Assembly (NCBI GenBank): GCA_964658025.1
Contig: CAZZXB010000051.1
Span: 1 to 19,538, forward strand
Direction of reading: 5' to 3'
From: an uncultured Janthinobacterium sp.
GTDB taxonomy: Bacteria > Vulcanimicrobiota > Vulcanimicrobiia > Vulcanimicrobiales > Vulcanimicrobiaceae
Length of the DNA stretch: 19,538 nt
Under the pieces are notes generated by a model, which was given only the letters and a program-made list of their open reading frames with translations, was not told the origin of the DNA and made no database searches. This document shows positions 1 through 9,120 of this stretch, one piece after another (the first letter of the stretch is position 1; the number at the start of each line of letters is the position of its first letter). Both the position numbers and the translations under genes were made by a program.

Positions 1-1
1 C

Positions 2-472
2 GGCGCGGCCTCGGCGGACGCGCGCGGGCTCTCCGACGTCCGACGCGGCGGGTTCGAGGCGCTCGCCGCCACAGCGCGCGTCGCCGACGTCGGCGCGAGC
101 GCCGCGCATCCGAGCGCGGGCGCGGTCGCGGTCGGCGTCCGCGAGATCCTCGTCGCCTTCAACGTCGTCCTCGCTTCGGACGATCTCGCCCTCGCGCGTT
201 CGATCGCGCGGACGATGCGCGAACGCGACGGCGGTCCGCGCACGCTGCGCGCGCTCGGCATCCGGCAGAGCGACGGGCGCGTGCAGGTCTCGTGCAACGT
301 CACCGACGCGGACGCGCTGCCGCTCGACCGCATCGTCGAGACGATCCGCCTTCTCGCCGCGGCGCGCGGCGTCGCGATCGCCGAGAGCGAGCTCATCGGA
401 CTCGTGCCGCGCACCGCGCTCGCGCGCGTCGTCGGGCGCGCCTTCGGTATCGACGCGCCGCTCGGCACGTAG
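2..472 (+). CDS. ftcD: Glutamate formiminotransferase (FTCD-like), 5'-partial, C-terminal portion
   Basis: Frame 2 is open from the window edge: ...LSDVRRGGFEAL...AHPSAGAVAVGVREILVAFNVVL...RERDGGPRTLRALG...VQVSCNVTD...ESELIGLVP, matching formiminotransferase motifs. TAG at 470-472. Confidence 0.85.
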   Translation, partial: GAASADARGLSDVRRGGFEALAATARVADVGASAAHPSAGAVAVGVREILVAFNVVLASDDLALARSIARTMRERDGGPRTLRALGIRQSDGRVQVSCNVTDADALPLDRIVETIRLLAAARGVAIAESELIGLVPRTALARVVGRAFGIDAPLGT

Positions 473-513
473 GCGACGGGGGCTCCTCGAACGCGTCGCA
501 GAATCGCCCGCCC

Positions 514-1938
514 GTGACGACGACGAGCACCCGACCGCACGTGACGACGATCGATCCGTCGAACGAGGCGGAACTCGGGACCTACGACATCCACGCTCCG
601 GCCGAGATCGACGCCGCGCTCGATCGCGCGGCGGCGACCTACGCGACGTGGCGCACGACGCCGCTCGCCGAACGCGCCGCGCGCGTTCGCGCCGCGGCGG
701 TCGCGCTACGCGCGCGCAAATCGGACCTCGCCGAACTCGCGACGCGCGAGATGGGCAAGACGCTCGCCGAAGCCGAGGCGGAGGTCGAGAAGAGCGCGCT
801 CGGGTGCGATTACTATGCCGATAACGGCGCGACGCTCTTAGCGGACGACCCCGTCGCGACCAACGCCGCGAAGAGTTACGTCGCGTACCGTCCGCTCGGC
901 GTGCTGCTCGCGATCATGCCGTGGAATTTTCCGTACTGGCAGGTCTTCCGCGCGGCCGCGCCCGCGCTCGTCGCCGGGAACGTCGTCGTGCTCAAGCACG
1001 CCGCGAACGTCACCGGATGCGCGCTCGCGATCGAACGCGTCTTCGCGGAAGCCGGGCTACCGGCGGGCGCGTTCACGACGCTCGTCGTGGCGGGCAAGGA
1101 CATGGACGCCGTCGTCGCCGATCCGCGCGTCGCGGCCGTCACCCTGACGGGGAGCGAGGGTGCGGGAAGCGCCGTCGCCGCGACCGCCGGGAAGTCGCTC
1201 AAAAAGACGGTCCTCGAACTCGGCGGATCCGACGCCTTCGTCGTCCTCGCCGACGCCGACGTCGACGCGGCCGCGAAAACCGCCGTGCGCGCGCGCTTCC
1301 AGAACAACGGCCAGAGTTGCATCGCCGCGAAACGCTTCATCGTCGAGGCGCCCGTGTACGACGCGTTCTGCGCCGCGTTCGCGAGCGCCGCGCGGGCGCT
1401 CGTCCCGGGCGATCCGCTCGATCGCGCGACGACGCTCGGGCCGCTCGCACGGCCCGATCTCCGCGACGATCTCGAACGCCAGATCGCGGGCTCCGTCGCG
1501 CTCGGCGCGCGCGTCCTGCTCGGCGGCAAGCGGATCGCGCGACCGGGATATTATTTCGAGGCGACGATCGTCGCCGACGTGACGCCCGAGATGCCGATGT
1601 TCGCCGAAGAGACGTTCGGCCCGGCGGCCGCGGTCGTGCGCGCGCGCGATGCGGACGATTGCGTCGCGCTCGCGAACGCCTCGCAGTACGGACTCGGCGG
1701 GAATCTCTGGACGCGCGATCTCGCCCGGGCCGAGACGCTCGCCGCACGGTTCGAATCGGGCGCGGTCTTCATCAACGGGATGACCGCATCGGATCCGCGG
1801 CTCCCGTTCGGCGGCGTCAAGCGAAGCGGGTACGGCCGCGAACTGAGCGCCTTCGGCATTCACGAGTTCGTCAACGTGCAGACGGTTTGGATCGGACCCG
1901 CAAGCGACGCCCGCGAGAACGTCGTCGCCTCGGAATGA
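514..1938 (+). CDS. gabD: NAD(P)-dependent succinate-semialdehyde dehydrogenase (ALDH family, Sad/GabD1 type)
   Basis: ALDH motifs IMPWNFPYWQ, LKHA, LTGSEGAG, LELGGSD, NNGQSCIAAKRF (catalytic Cys), EETFGP and PFGGVKRSGYGRE. Start placed at GTG 514 (alternative GTG 541); the 292 start overlaps the upstream gene. Confidence 0.85.
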   Translation: MTTTSTRPHVTTIDPSNEAELGTYDIHAPAEIDAALDRAAATYATWRTTPLAERAARVRAAAVALRARKSDLAELATREMGKTLAEAEAEVEKSALGCDYYADNGATLLADDPVATNAAKSYVAYRPLGVLLAIMPWNFPYWQVFRAAAPALVAGNVVVLKHAANVTGCALAIERVFAEAGLPAGAFTTLVVAGKDMDAVVADPRVAAVTLTGSEGAGSAVAATAGKSLKKTVLELGGSDAFVVLADADVDAAAKTAVRARFQNNGQSCIAAKRFIVEAPVYDAFCAAFASAARALVPGDPLDRATTLGPLARPDLRDDLERQIAGSVALGARVLLGGKRIARPGYYFEATIVADVTPEMPMFAEETFGPAAAVVRARDADDCVALANASQYGLGGNLWTRDLARAETLAARFESGAVFINGMTASDPRLPFGGVKRSGYGRELSAFGIHEFVNVQTVWIGPASDARENVVASE

Positions 1939-1951
1939 CGCGGAGCGACGT

Positions 1952-1979
1952 CGCGCGGAGCGCCGTCCCGCTTCGCGCG
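1952..1979. terminator. GC-rich hairpin between convergent genes (possible terminator, no U-tract)
   Basis: CGCGCGGAGCG-ccgtcc-CGCTTCGCGCG, an 11-bp stem with one G-U pair, lying between the gabD stop (1938) and the aminotransferase stop (1984). Confidence 0.4.
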
Positions 1980-1983
1980 TCGG

Positions 1984-3123
1984 TCAGCCGACGGCCACGC
2001 CGCCCGCGCGCGCGAACGCGGCGATCCGACGCAATCCCTCACGCACGTCGTCCGCGGCCCCGACGAAGCTCGTCCGCAACCAACCCGCTAAGATCGGCGA
2101 GAAGAGATCGCCCGGAATCGCGATGACGTCGGCCTCCTCCAACAGCGCCTCGGCGAATCCGAGCGTGTCCGCTTCCGATCCGACGCGGACGCAGGCGTAG
2201 AACGCGCCCTCGGGGTCGACGAATTCGAGCCCGAGTTCCCGTAACGTCGCGACGACGCCGCGACGCTGTTCGGCGTACCACGCACGATGACTCGCGAGAT
2301 CGTCCGTCTCGAAGACGTCGAGCGCGATCCGTTGCGCGAACGTATTGGCGCACGACGTCGTCCAGCCGTGCATCTTCACGAGATCGGGGATCGCGTGCTT
2401 CGGCGCGATCGCCCAGCCGATCCGCATCCCGGTCAGCGCGTTCGATTTCGAGAGCGAGTTGATCGCGATCGTATAGGGGTAAACTTTTCCGAACTCGCCG
2501 ACGTCGTCCGTGTAGACGATCTCGCGATAGATCTCGTCGTGCATCACGTAGATCGGCGGTCCGCCGCGCGCGGTCAGACCCTCGGCGATACGCCGCGCGC
2601 TCGCGCGCGAGATCACGCGACCCGTCGGATTGCACGGCGAACAGATCACGATCGCGCGCGTCCGCGGACCGACCGCGGCGAGGACGGCGTCGGGATCGAA
2701 CGCGTCGGGCGCGCGCGGATCGAGCGGGAGCCGGCGGAACGGGATCCCCTCGACCTGCGCGATCTTCGCGTACACGGGAAACGACGGATCCACGATGAGC
2801 AGTTCGTCTGACGCCGGATCGAGCAGCGCGCGCAGCGTGACGTAGACGGCCTCTTCCGAACCGTTCGTGACGACGACGTTCGCCGCGTCGTCGAGACCGG
2901 GATAGGCGTAGCGACGCGCGATCGCCTCGCGCAGATCTTCGTCGCCGATATTCGTCGAGTAACGGCACCCGTGTTCGGCGACCCACGCGGTCGCCCGTTC
3001 GAAGTGCGCCATATCCGGACGGAGCGTCGGTTCGCCGATCCCGAGATTGATCGAGGTCGGCCGGCGTTTCGCGTGGAGCGCGCGGATGAGCGACGGCGCC
3101 GCCTGCGCGATCGCGGGATTCAT
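1984..3123 (-). CDS. PLP-dependent class I/II aminotransferase (candidate N-succinyl-DAP aminotransferase)
   Basis: INLGIGEP, ICSPCNPTG, HDEIYREI and SLSKSNALTGMRIGW (PLP lysine). ATG at 3123 overlaps the dapD stop (ATGA). 379 aa. Confidence 0.88.
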   Translation of the reverse strand: MNPAIAQAAPSLIRALHAKRRPTSINLGIGEPTLRPDMAHFERATAWVAEHGCRYSTNIGDEDLREAIARRYAYPGLDDAANVVVTNGSEEAVYVTLRALLDPASDELLIVDPSFPVYAKIAQVEGIPFRRLPLDPRAPDAFDPDAVLAAVGPRTRAIVICSPCNPTGRVISRASARRIAEGLTARGGPPIYVMHDEIYREIVYTDDVGEFGKVYPYTIAINSLSKSNALTGMRIGWAIAPKHAIPDLVKMHGWTTSCANTFAQRIALDVFETDDLASHRAWYAEQRRGVVATLRELGLEFVDPEGAFYACVRVGSEADTLGFAEALLEEADVIAIPGDLFSPILAGWLRTSFVGAADDVREGLRRIAAFARAGGVAVG

Positions 3124-3941
3124 ACGGAAACCCCGTAATCGCGAATCGCCGACTCGAGCGTCGTCTTGCGGTCGGTCGATGCCGTCCGTTCGCCGATGAG
3201 GAGCGCGCACGTGACGCCGTACGTTCCGGCGGCGAACGTTTTCGGCATCGTCCCCGGAACGACGACCGCGCGCGGCGGGATCCGACCTTTCGTCACGACC
3301 GGTTCCGCCCCGCGCACGTCGACGACGGACGTGCTCGCCGTCAGGATCAGTCCCGCACCCAAGACCGCCTCCCGACCGACGCGCACGCCCTCGACGACGA
3401 CGCACCGCGATCCCACGAACGCGCCGTCTTCGACGACGACGGGTTGCGCCTGCGGCGGTTCGAGAACCCCCCCGATCCCGACCCCGCCCGACAGGTGCAC
3501 GTTCTTTCCGATTTGAGCGCACGATCCGACCGTCGCCCACGTGTCGACCATCGACCCCTCATCGACGTAGGCACCGACGTTCACGTACCCCGGCATCAGC
3601 ACGGTCCCACGTCCGAGAAACGAACCGTGACGCGCGACACCCGGCGGCACGCAGCGCGCCCCGAACGCCGCGTAATTCCGTTTCGTCGGCATCTTATCGA
3701 AAAACGCGAGCCCCTCGGGATCGCCCGAAACGCGATTGTCGTGTCGGCGAAAATACATGAGGATCGCGCGTTTGATCCAGGCGTGCGTCACCCATTCGTC
3801 GCCGACCGGTTCGCAGACGCGCAACGTTCCCGAGTCGAGCGCGTCGAGGACGCGATCGACGACGTCGCCCCGCGCGCCGCGAAGGTCCGATGGGTCGGCA
3901 TCGAGCGCGTCGATCTCGGCGCGTAACGTCGTGAGGTCCAC
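3120..3941 (-). CDS. dapD: 2,3,4,5-tetrahydropyridine-2,6-dicarboxylate N-succinyltransferase
   Basis: WIKRAILMYF, FFDKMPTK, VNVGAYVDEGSMVDTWATVGSCAQIGKNVHLSGGVGIGGVLEPPQAQPVVVED, the typical DapD hexapeptide-repeat sequence. Confidence 0.95.
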   Translation of the reverse strand: MDLTTLRAEIDALDADPSDLRGARGDVVDRVLDALDSGTLRVCEPVGDEWVTHAWIKRAILMYFRRHDNRVSGDPEGLAFFDKMPTKRNYAAFGARCVPPGVARHGSFLGRGTVLMPGYVNVGAYVDEGSMVDTWATVGSCAQIGKNVHLSGGVGIGGVLEPPQAQPVVVEDGAFVGSRCVVVEGVRVGREAVLGAGLILTASTSVVDVRGAEPVVTKGRIPPRAVVVPGTMPKTFAAGTYGVTCALLIGERTASTDRKTTLESAIRDYGVSV

Positions 3942-3949
3942 GTGGGCGT

Positions 3950-3995
3950 GGTAGGTGCGGCCGCCCGCGAAGTCCTACCGCGGAAATTTTTCCGC
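3950..3995. promoter_or_regulatory. Inverted repeats in the divergent dapD/tkt promoter region
   Basis: GGTAGG (3950-3955) with CCTACC (3974-3979), and the near-perfect palindrome GCGGAAA-TT-TTTCCGC (3980-3995). Confidence 0.35.
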
Positions 3996-4081
3996 CCGAC
4001 ATGAACGCGTCGCCATTGTGGGAAAGGTCGCACCAGGAGCGAACGACGTCGCCCGCCGCACACCCGTGAAGGAGCCCCGAC

Positions 4082-6064
4082 TTGTCGAACACCGCCGACG
4101 ACAGCAAGCGCATCAACGCGATTCGATTTCTCGCCGTCGATGCCGTGCAGAAGGCGAACTCGGGACACCCCGGGTTGCCGCTCGGCGCCGCCGGAATGGC
4201 GTACGCGCTCTTCGGCCGCCACCTCAAATTCAACGCCTCGGATTCGGCCTGGTGGGATCGCGATCGTTTCGTGCTGAGCGCGGGTCACGGCTCGATGTTG
4301 CTCTACGCGCTGCTGTATCTCACGGGGTATCCGGTCTCGCTCGACGACCTCAAGAGCTTCCGTCAATTCGAGAGCAAGACGCCGGGCCATCCGGAACTCC
4401 ACCACACCCCCGGCGTCGAGGTGACGACGGGACCGCTCGGACAGGGCCTCGCCAACGCCGTCGGTCTCGCGATGGCCGAAGCGCATCTCGCCGCGACCTA
4501 TAATCGCGAACAGACGATCGTCGACCACCACACGTACTGCATCGCGGGCGACGGCGACTTGATGGAGGGCGTTTCGGGCGAGGCCTCGTCCCTCGCCGGC
4601 CATCTCAAACTCGGCAAGCTAATCGTCCTCTACGACGACAACAAGGTCTCGCTCGCCGGACCGACCGATCTCGCGTTCACCGAAGACGTGATCGCGCGTT
4701 ACGACGCGTACGGGTGGCACACGGCGCTCGTGAGCGCCGACGACGGAAACGACGTCAACGCGATCGATGCGGCGATCAACGCGGCGAAGCTCGACGGGCG
4801 CCCCTCGCTCATCGCCGTCCGCTCGATCATCGGATTCGGCTCGCCGAAGGCCGGCACGTTCGGCGCGCACGGCGAACCGCTCGGCCCGGACAACGTGAAG
4901 AAAACGAAAGAAGCGCTCGACTGGCCGACGGAGCCCGACTTCTTCGTCCCCGACGACGTGCTCGCGTGGTGGCGCGAACTCGGCGCGAAGGGCAAAAAAA
5001 CGCAGGCCGCGTGGGACGAGACGTACGCGGCGTGGACGAAGGCGAATCCCGAACTCGCGAGCCGACTCGAGCGCATCCGCGCGGAGAAACTCCCGACGTT
5101 CTCGTGGCCGACCTTCGATGCGAGTAACGGGAGCGTGGCCTCGCGCGAAGCCGGCGGCACGATCATGAACGCGATCGCGAAGGATATGCCCGAACTCGTC
5201 GGCGGCTCGGCCGACCTCGATCCCTCGACGAAAACGTACCTCAAGGGGATGGGCGATTTTCAGCCCGGCTCGTACGCGGGTCGGAACATCCACTTCGGCG
5301 TTCGCGAACACGCGATGGGTGCGATCTCGAACGGCCTCGCCGTCCACAGCGGCATCGTGCCGTTCACGGCGACCTTCTTCAACTTCCTCGACTACATGAA
5401 GCCCGCCGTGCGGCTCGCGGCGATCAACAAAACGAAAACGATCTTCGTGTTCACGCACGACTCGGTGTTCCTCGGCGAAGACGGTCCGACGCATCAGCCG
5501 ATCGAGCAACTCGCGAGCCTGCGATCGATGCCGAACCTGACGACGATCCGTCCGGCCGACGCGCTCGAAACGCTCGAAGCGTGGAAGTTCGCCGTCGCGC
5601 ACAAGGGTCCGACGACGCTCGTCCTCTCGCGTCAGAAGCTCCCGTATCTCGGCGATCGCGACGCCGCCGTCGCCAAGGGCGGATACGTGATCCACGGTGG
5701 GGATAAGAAGCCCGACGTCATCTTCATCGCGACGGGTTCCGAGGTGTCGCTCGCGATCGACGCGGCGAAACTGCTCGACGCGAAGGGAACGGCGACGCGC
5801 GTCGTCTCGCTTCCGTCGTTCGAACTCTTCTTGCAACAGGACGAGGCCTATCGCGAAAAAATCTTGCCGAGCGACGTGCGCGCGCGCGTGTCGGTCGAGG
5901 CGGGATCGACGTTCGGGTGGCACCGGTTCGTCGGCCCGAACGGCATCGCGATCGGCTTGGATCGTTTCGGCGCCTCGGCACCCGCGGCCGCGCTCGCGAA
6001 AGCGTTCGGATTCACCCCGGAGGATATCGCGAAACAGGCGTCCGGATTGCTCGCGAGCGTGTAG
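4082..6064 (+). CDS. tkt: Transketolase
   Basis: [29 protein letters not shown] motif GDGDLMEG...[13 protein letters not shown] and [15 protein letters not shown] start with SD AAGGAG at 4069-4074. Confidence 0.97.
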   Translation: MSNTADDSKRINAIRFLAVDAVQKANSGHPGLPLGAAGMAYALFGRHLKFNASDSAWWDRDRFVLSAGHGSMLLYALLYLTGYPVSLDDLKSFRQFESKTPGHPELHHTPGVEVTTGPLGQGLANAVGLAMAEAHLAATYNREQTIVDHHTYCIAGDGDLMEGVSGEASSLAGHLKLGKLIVLYDDNKVSLAGPTDLAFTEDVIARYDAYGWHTALVSADDGNDVNAIDAAINAAKLDGRPSLIAVRSIIGFGSPKAGTFGAHGEPLGPDNVKKTKEALDWPTEPDFFVPDDVLAWWRELGAKGKKTQAAWDETYAAWTKANPELASRLERIRAEKLPTFSWPTFDASNGSVASREAGGTIMNAIAKDMPELVGGSADLDPSTKTYLKGMGDFQPGSYAGRNIHFGVREHAMGAISNGLAVHSGIVPFTATFFNFLDYMKPAVRLAAINKTKTIFVFTHDSVFLGEDGPTHQPIEQLASLRSMPNLTTIRPADALETLEAWKFAVAHKGPTTLVLSRQKLPYLGDRDAAVAKGGYVIHGGDKKPDVIFIATGSEVSLAIDAAKLLDAKGTATRVVSLPSFELFLQQDEAYREKILPSDVRARVSVEAGSTFGWHRFVGPNGIAIGLDRFGASAPAAALAKAFGFTPEDIAKQASGLLASV

Positions 6065-6069
6065 CATGC

Positions 6070-6102
6070 GGTAAGCAAGCGGGACGTGGGTAAGATGCCA
6101 TC
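6070..6102 (+). promoter_or_regulatory. Possible internal leaderless promoter for tal-pgi
   Basis: TAAGAT (6091-6096) lies 6 nt before GTG 6103 and there is no good SD. GGTAAG is directly repeated at 6070 and 6089. Confidence 0.35.
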
Positions 6103-8970
6103 GTGAGCATCGATCTTCAAGCGCTAACCGCCGTCGGACAGAGCATCTGGCTCGACAACATCCGCCGGAGCATGTTCGCCTCCGGCGAGTTGCGACGATT
6201 GATCGCGAGCGGTTTGCGCGGGATGACCTCCAACCCCACGATCTTCGACAAGGCGATCGGAAGCGGGAACGATTACGACGCGCAACTCTCGTCGTTGATC
6301 GGTCGCGAGCGCGATCCGAACCATCTGTTCGAGGCGCTCGCGATCGACGACATCCAACACGCCTGCGACGAGTTCCGACCGCTCTACGATTCGACGGGCG
6401 GCGGCGACGGATACGTGAGCCTCGAAGTCTCGCCGACCCTCGCGCACGATACGCAGTCGACGATCGACGCCGCGGCGCGGCTCTGGAAACTCGTCGACCG
6501 ACCGAACGTGATGATCAAGATCCCCTCGACGCCCGAGGGCATCGCCGCCGTCACGGAGACGATCGCGGCCGGCATCAACGTGAACATCACGTTGATCTTC
6601 TCGATCGAGACGTACGAAGCGACCGCCGACGCGTACATCGCGGGTCTCGAGAAGCGGATCGCGGCGGGTTCGCCGATCGATCGCGTCGCGTCGGTCGCGA
6701 GCGTGTTCGTCAGCCGCATCGATGCGGCGATCGACAAGATGCTCGAAGATCGCATCGCCAAGGGCGAGACGCAGCTCGAGTCGCTGCTCGGGAAGACCGG
6801 AATCGCGAATCTCAAGCTCACCTACGCGAAATACAAGGAACTGTTCGAAGGCCCGCGCTTCGAGGCGCTCAAAGCGAAGGGAGCGCGGGTGCAACGGCCG
6901 CTCTGGGCGAGCACCGGGACGAAGAATCCGAAATATTCCGATCTCATGTACGTCGAGACGGTCGTCGGAAAGAATACCGTGAACACGCTGCCGCCGGCGA
7001 CGCTCGACGCGTTGATGGATCACGGAACGATCCAGGCCGACACCGTCGAGAGCGATCTCGCGGGCGCGCGCGAGACGATCGCCGAGCTCGCCGCCGCGAA
7101 GATCTCGCTCTACGACGTCACGCAAAAGCTCCAAGTCGACGGCGTCGCGTCGTTCGAGGCATCGTATGCCGAGATGCTCGAGGCGATCGCGGGCAAGAGC
7201 GCGCAACTCGCGAAGGGGACGTCGCGCGTCGCGATCGCGAGCGAAACGTCGGGTACCACGCAGGCGACGCTCGCGAAGCTCGCGTCGGACGACTTTCTCG
7301 CGAAGCTCTGGAGCAAGGATCCCTCACCGTGGTCGAGCGATCCCGACCACGTCGAGATCGTCAAACACGCGCTCGGGTGGTTGGATTTTCCGAAGACCGT
7401 GCACGACGCCGCGCCCGAGCTCGTCGCGTTCGCGGCCGAGATGGCGAAGCTCTACGCGCACGTCGTCGTGCTCGGGATGGGCGGGAGTTCGCTCGCGCCC
7501 GACGTCCTCCGCGCGACGTTCGGCAAGGTGCCGAACTATCCGACCCTTCACGTTCTGGATTCGAGTAACCCCGAGCAAGTGCGCACGCTCGAAGCGTCGC
7601 TCGATCTCACGCGCACGCTCTTCATCGTCGCGAGCAAGAGCGGCACGACGACCGAGCCCGAAGCGTTCTTTCGCTACTTCTTCGGGCGCGTGCAGAAGGT
7701 CGTCGGCGCCGATCACGCAGGCGAGAGTTTCATCGCGATCACCGATCCCGACACGCAACTCGGAAAAGAAGCGAAGGAGGCGGGCTTCCGTCGCGTCTTC
7801 GTCAACGATCCCGATATCGGCGGTCGTTATTCGGCGCTCTCGTATTTCGGCATGGTACCGGCGGCGCTCGCGGGATACGACGTCACCGCGATCCTCGATC
7901 GCGCGCTCGAAACGTTCGAAGCGAATTCGCGGACCACGAAGGTCGACGATTCCGAGGCCGTGCGATTCGGCGCGACGATCGGCGCGTTGCAGAAGGAAGG
8001 TCGCGACAAGCTCACGATCGTGACCCATCCCGAGGTCGCCGCGTTCGGCACGTGGGCGGAACAACTCGTCGCGGAGTCGACGGGGAAGAGCGGCACGGGC
8101 ATCGTTCCGATCGAAGGCGAGACGCTCGGCGCGCCGCACGATTACGGCGCCGATCGCGTCTTCGTCTACGTCGGTGCGGGTCTCTCGCCGAGCGAGCACG
8201 TCGCGGGCGCGATGGACGGCGGCGCGATCGAAACGCGACTCGCGGCCCTCGAAGCCGCGGGCCATCCCGTGATCCGACTCGCGATGGACGACCGGCTCGA
8301 TATCGGGCGGCAATTCGCGCTCTGGGAGATCGCGACCGCGACCGCGGGAAGCGTGATCGGCATCGACGCGTTCGATCAACCGAACGTGCAAGAGTCGAAG
8401 GACAACACGAAGCGACTCCTCGCCGAATACAAGGAAAAGGGAAAATTCGGTGAAGCGGAGCCGTCGCTCTCGACCGAGACCGCGCGCTTGATCCCGCTCA
8501 AGGGCTCGGCGTCGGTCGCGCTCGGGTCCGATCTCGCAAGCGCGATCTCCGCGATCCTGGGACAGGTCGTGCCCGGCGACTACGTGGCGATCACCGCGTA
8601 CGTCGAGATGAACGCCCAACACGAACGACAACTCCACGACATCCGTCTGGCGATCCGTAACGGGCTCAAGGTGGCGACGACGGTCGGCTTCGGACCGCGT
8701 TTCCTCCACTCGACCGGTCAACTCCACAAGGGCGGACCGAACGAGGGCGTGTTCTTGCAACTCACGAGCGATACGTCGAAAGATCGCGACCTCGAGATTC
8801 CGGGGATGACGACGTTCGGGACGTTGATCCACGCGCAAGCACTCGGCGATTTCGAATCGCTCGACAAGCGCGATCGTCGCGGCACGCGCGTCGCGCTCGT
8901 CGGATCGATCGATAAAGCCCTCGAAGCGCTGACGGCGGCCGTGGACGATGCGGTCGCGGCAAAAGCATAA
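6103..8970 (+). CDS. tal-pgi: Bifunctional transaldolase / phosphoglucose isomerase fusion
   Basis: N-terminal transaldolase: QSIWLDNI, GMTSNPTIF, VSLEVSP, VMIKIP, QRPLWASTGTK. C-terminal PGI/SIS domain: VLGMGGSSL, VASKSGTTTEP, IGGRYSALS, QLVAESTGK, FDQPNVQESK, GPRFLHSTGQLHKGGP. One 955-aa ORF. Confidence 0.95.
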   Translation: MSIDLQALTAVGQSIWLDNIRRSMFASGELRRLIASGLRGMTSNPTIFDKAIGSGNDYDAQLSSLIGRERDPNHLFEALAIDDIQHACDEFRPLYDSTGGGDGYVSLEVSPTLAHDTQSTIDAAARLWKLVDRPNVMIKIPSTPEGIAAVTETIAAGINVNITLIFSIETYEATADAYIAGLEKRIAAGSPIDRVASVASVFVSRIDAAIDKMLEDRIAKGETQLESLLGKTGIANLKLTYAKYKELFEGPRFEALKAKGARVQRPLWASTGTKNPKYSDLMYVETVVGKNTVNTLPPATLDALMDHGTIQADTVESDLAGARETIAELAAAKISLYDVTQKLQVDGVASFEASYAEMLEAIAGKSAQLAKGTSRVAIASETSGTTQATLAKLASDDFLAKLWSKDPSPWSSDPDHVEIVKHALGWLDFPKTVHDAAPELVAFAAEMAKLYAHVVVLGMGGSSLAPDVLRATFGKVPNYPTLHVLDSSNPEQVRTLEASLDLTRTLFIVASKSGTTTEPEAFFRYFFGRVQKVVGADHAGESFIAITDPDTQLGKEAKEAGFRRVFVNDPDIGGRYSALSYFGMVPAALAGYDVTAILDRALETFEANSRTTKVDDSEAVRFGATIGALQKEGRDKLTIVTHPEVAAFGTWAEQLVAESTGKSGTGIVPIEGETLGAPHDYGADRVFVYVGAGLSPSEHVAGAMDGGAIETRLAALEAAGHPVIRLAMDDRLDIGRQFALWEIATATAGSVIGIDAFDQPNVQESKDNTKRLLAEYKEKGKFGEAEPSLSTETARLIPLKGSASVALGSDLASAISAILGQVVPGDYVAITAYVEMNAQHERQLHDIRLAIRNGLKVATTVGFGPRFLHSTGQLHKGGPNEGVFLQLTSDTSKDRDLEIPGMTTFGTLIHAQALGDFESLDKRDRRGTRVALVGSIDKALEALTAAVDDAVAAKA

Positions 8971-9120
8971 TCAGCGAACGATCGTCGATCGCGACTCCGC
9001 ACGCGGATGCGACGTCGCGACCGATCCGACGACGCGACGCGCCGTGAGCGCGATGACGCTCGATCTCGGCGGCGTCCGCGCCCCCGATGCCGCATCCGAA
9101 GCGAGAGGAGTCTGATCACC

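Noticed and set aside
292..513. N-terminal extensions in the ORF track (gabD from 292, aminotransferase from 3540, zwf from 9007, opcA from 10557, pgl from 10859, tetR from 17746)
   Set aside because: Low-complexity Arg-rich translations, mostly overlapping neighbouring genes; better starts with SD or stop/start overlaps exist downstream. Not real fusions.
514..550. Direct repeat GTGACGACGA at 514 and 541
   Set aside because: Explained by repeated Val/Met-Thr-Thr codons; too short to be meaningful.
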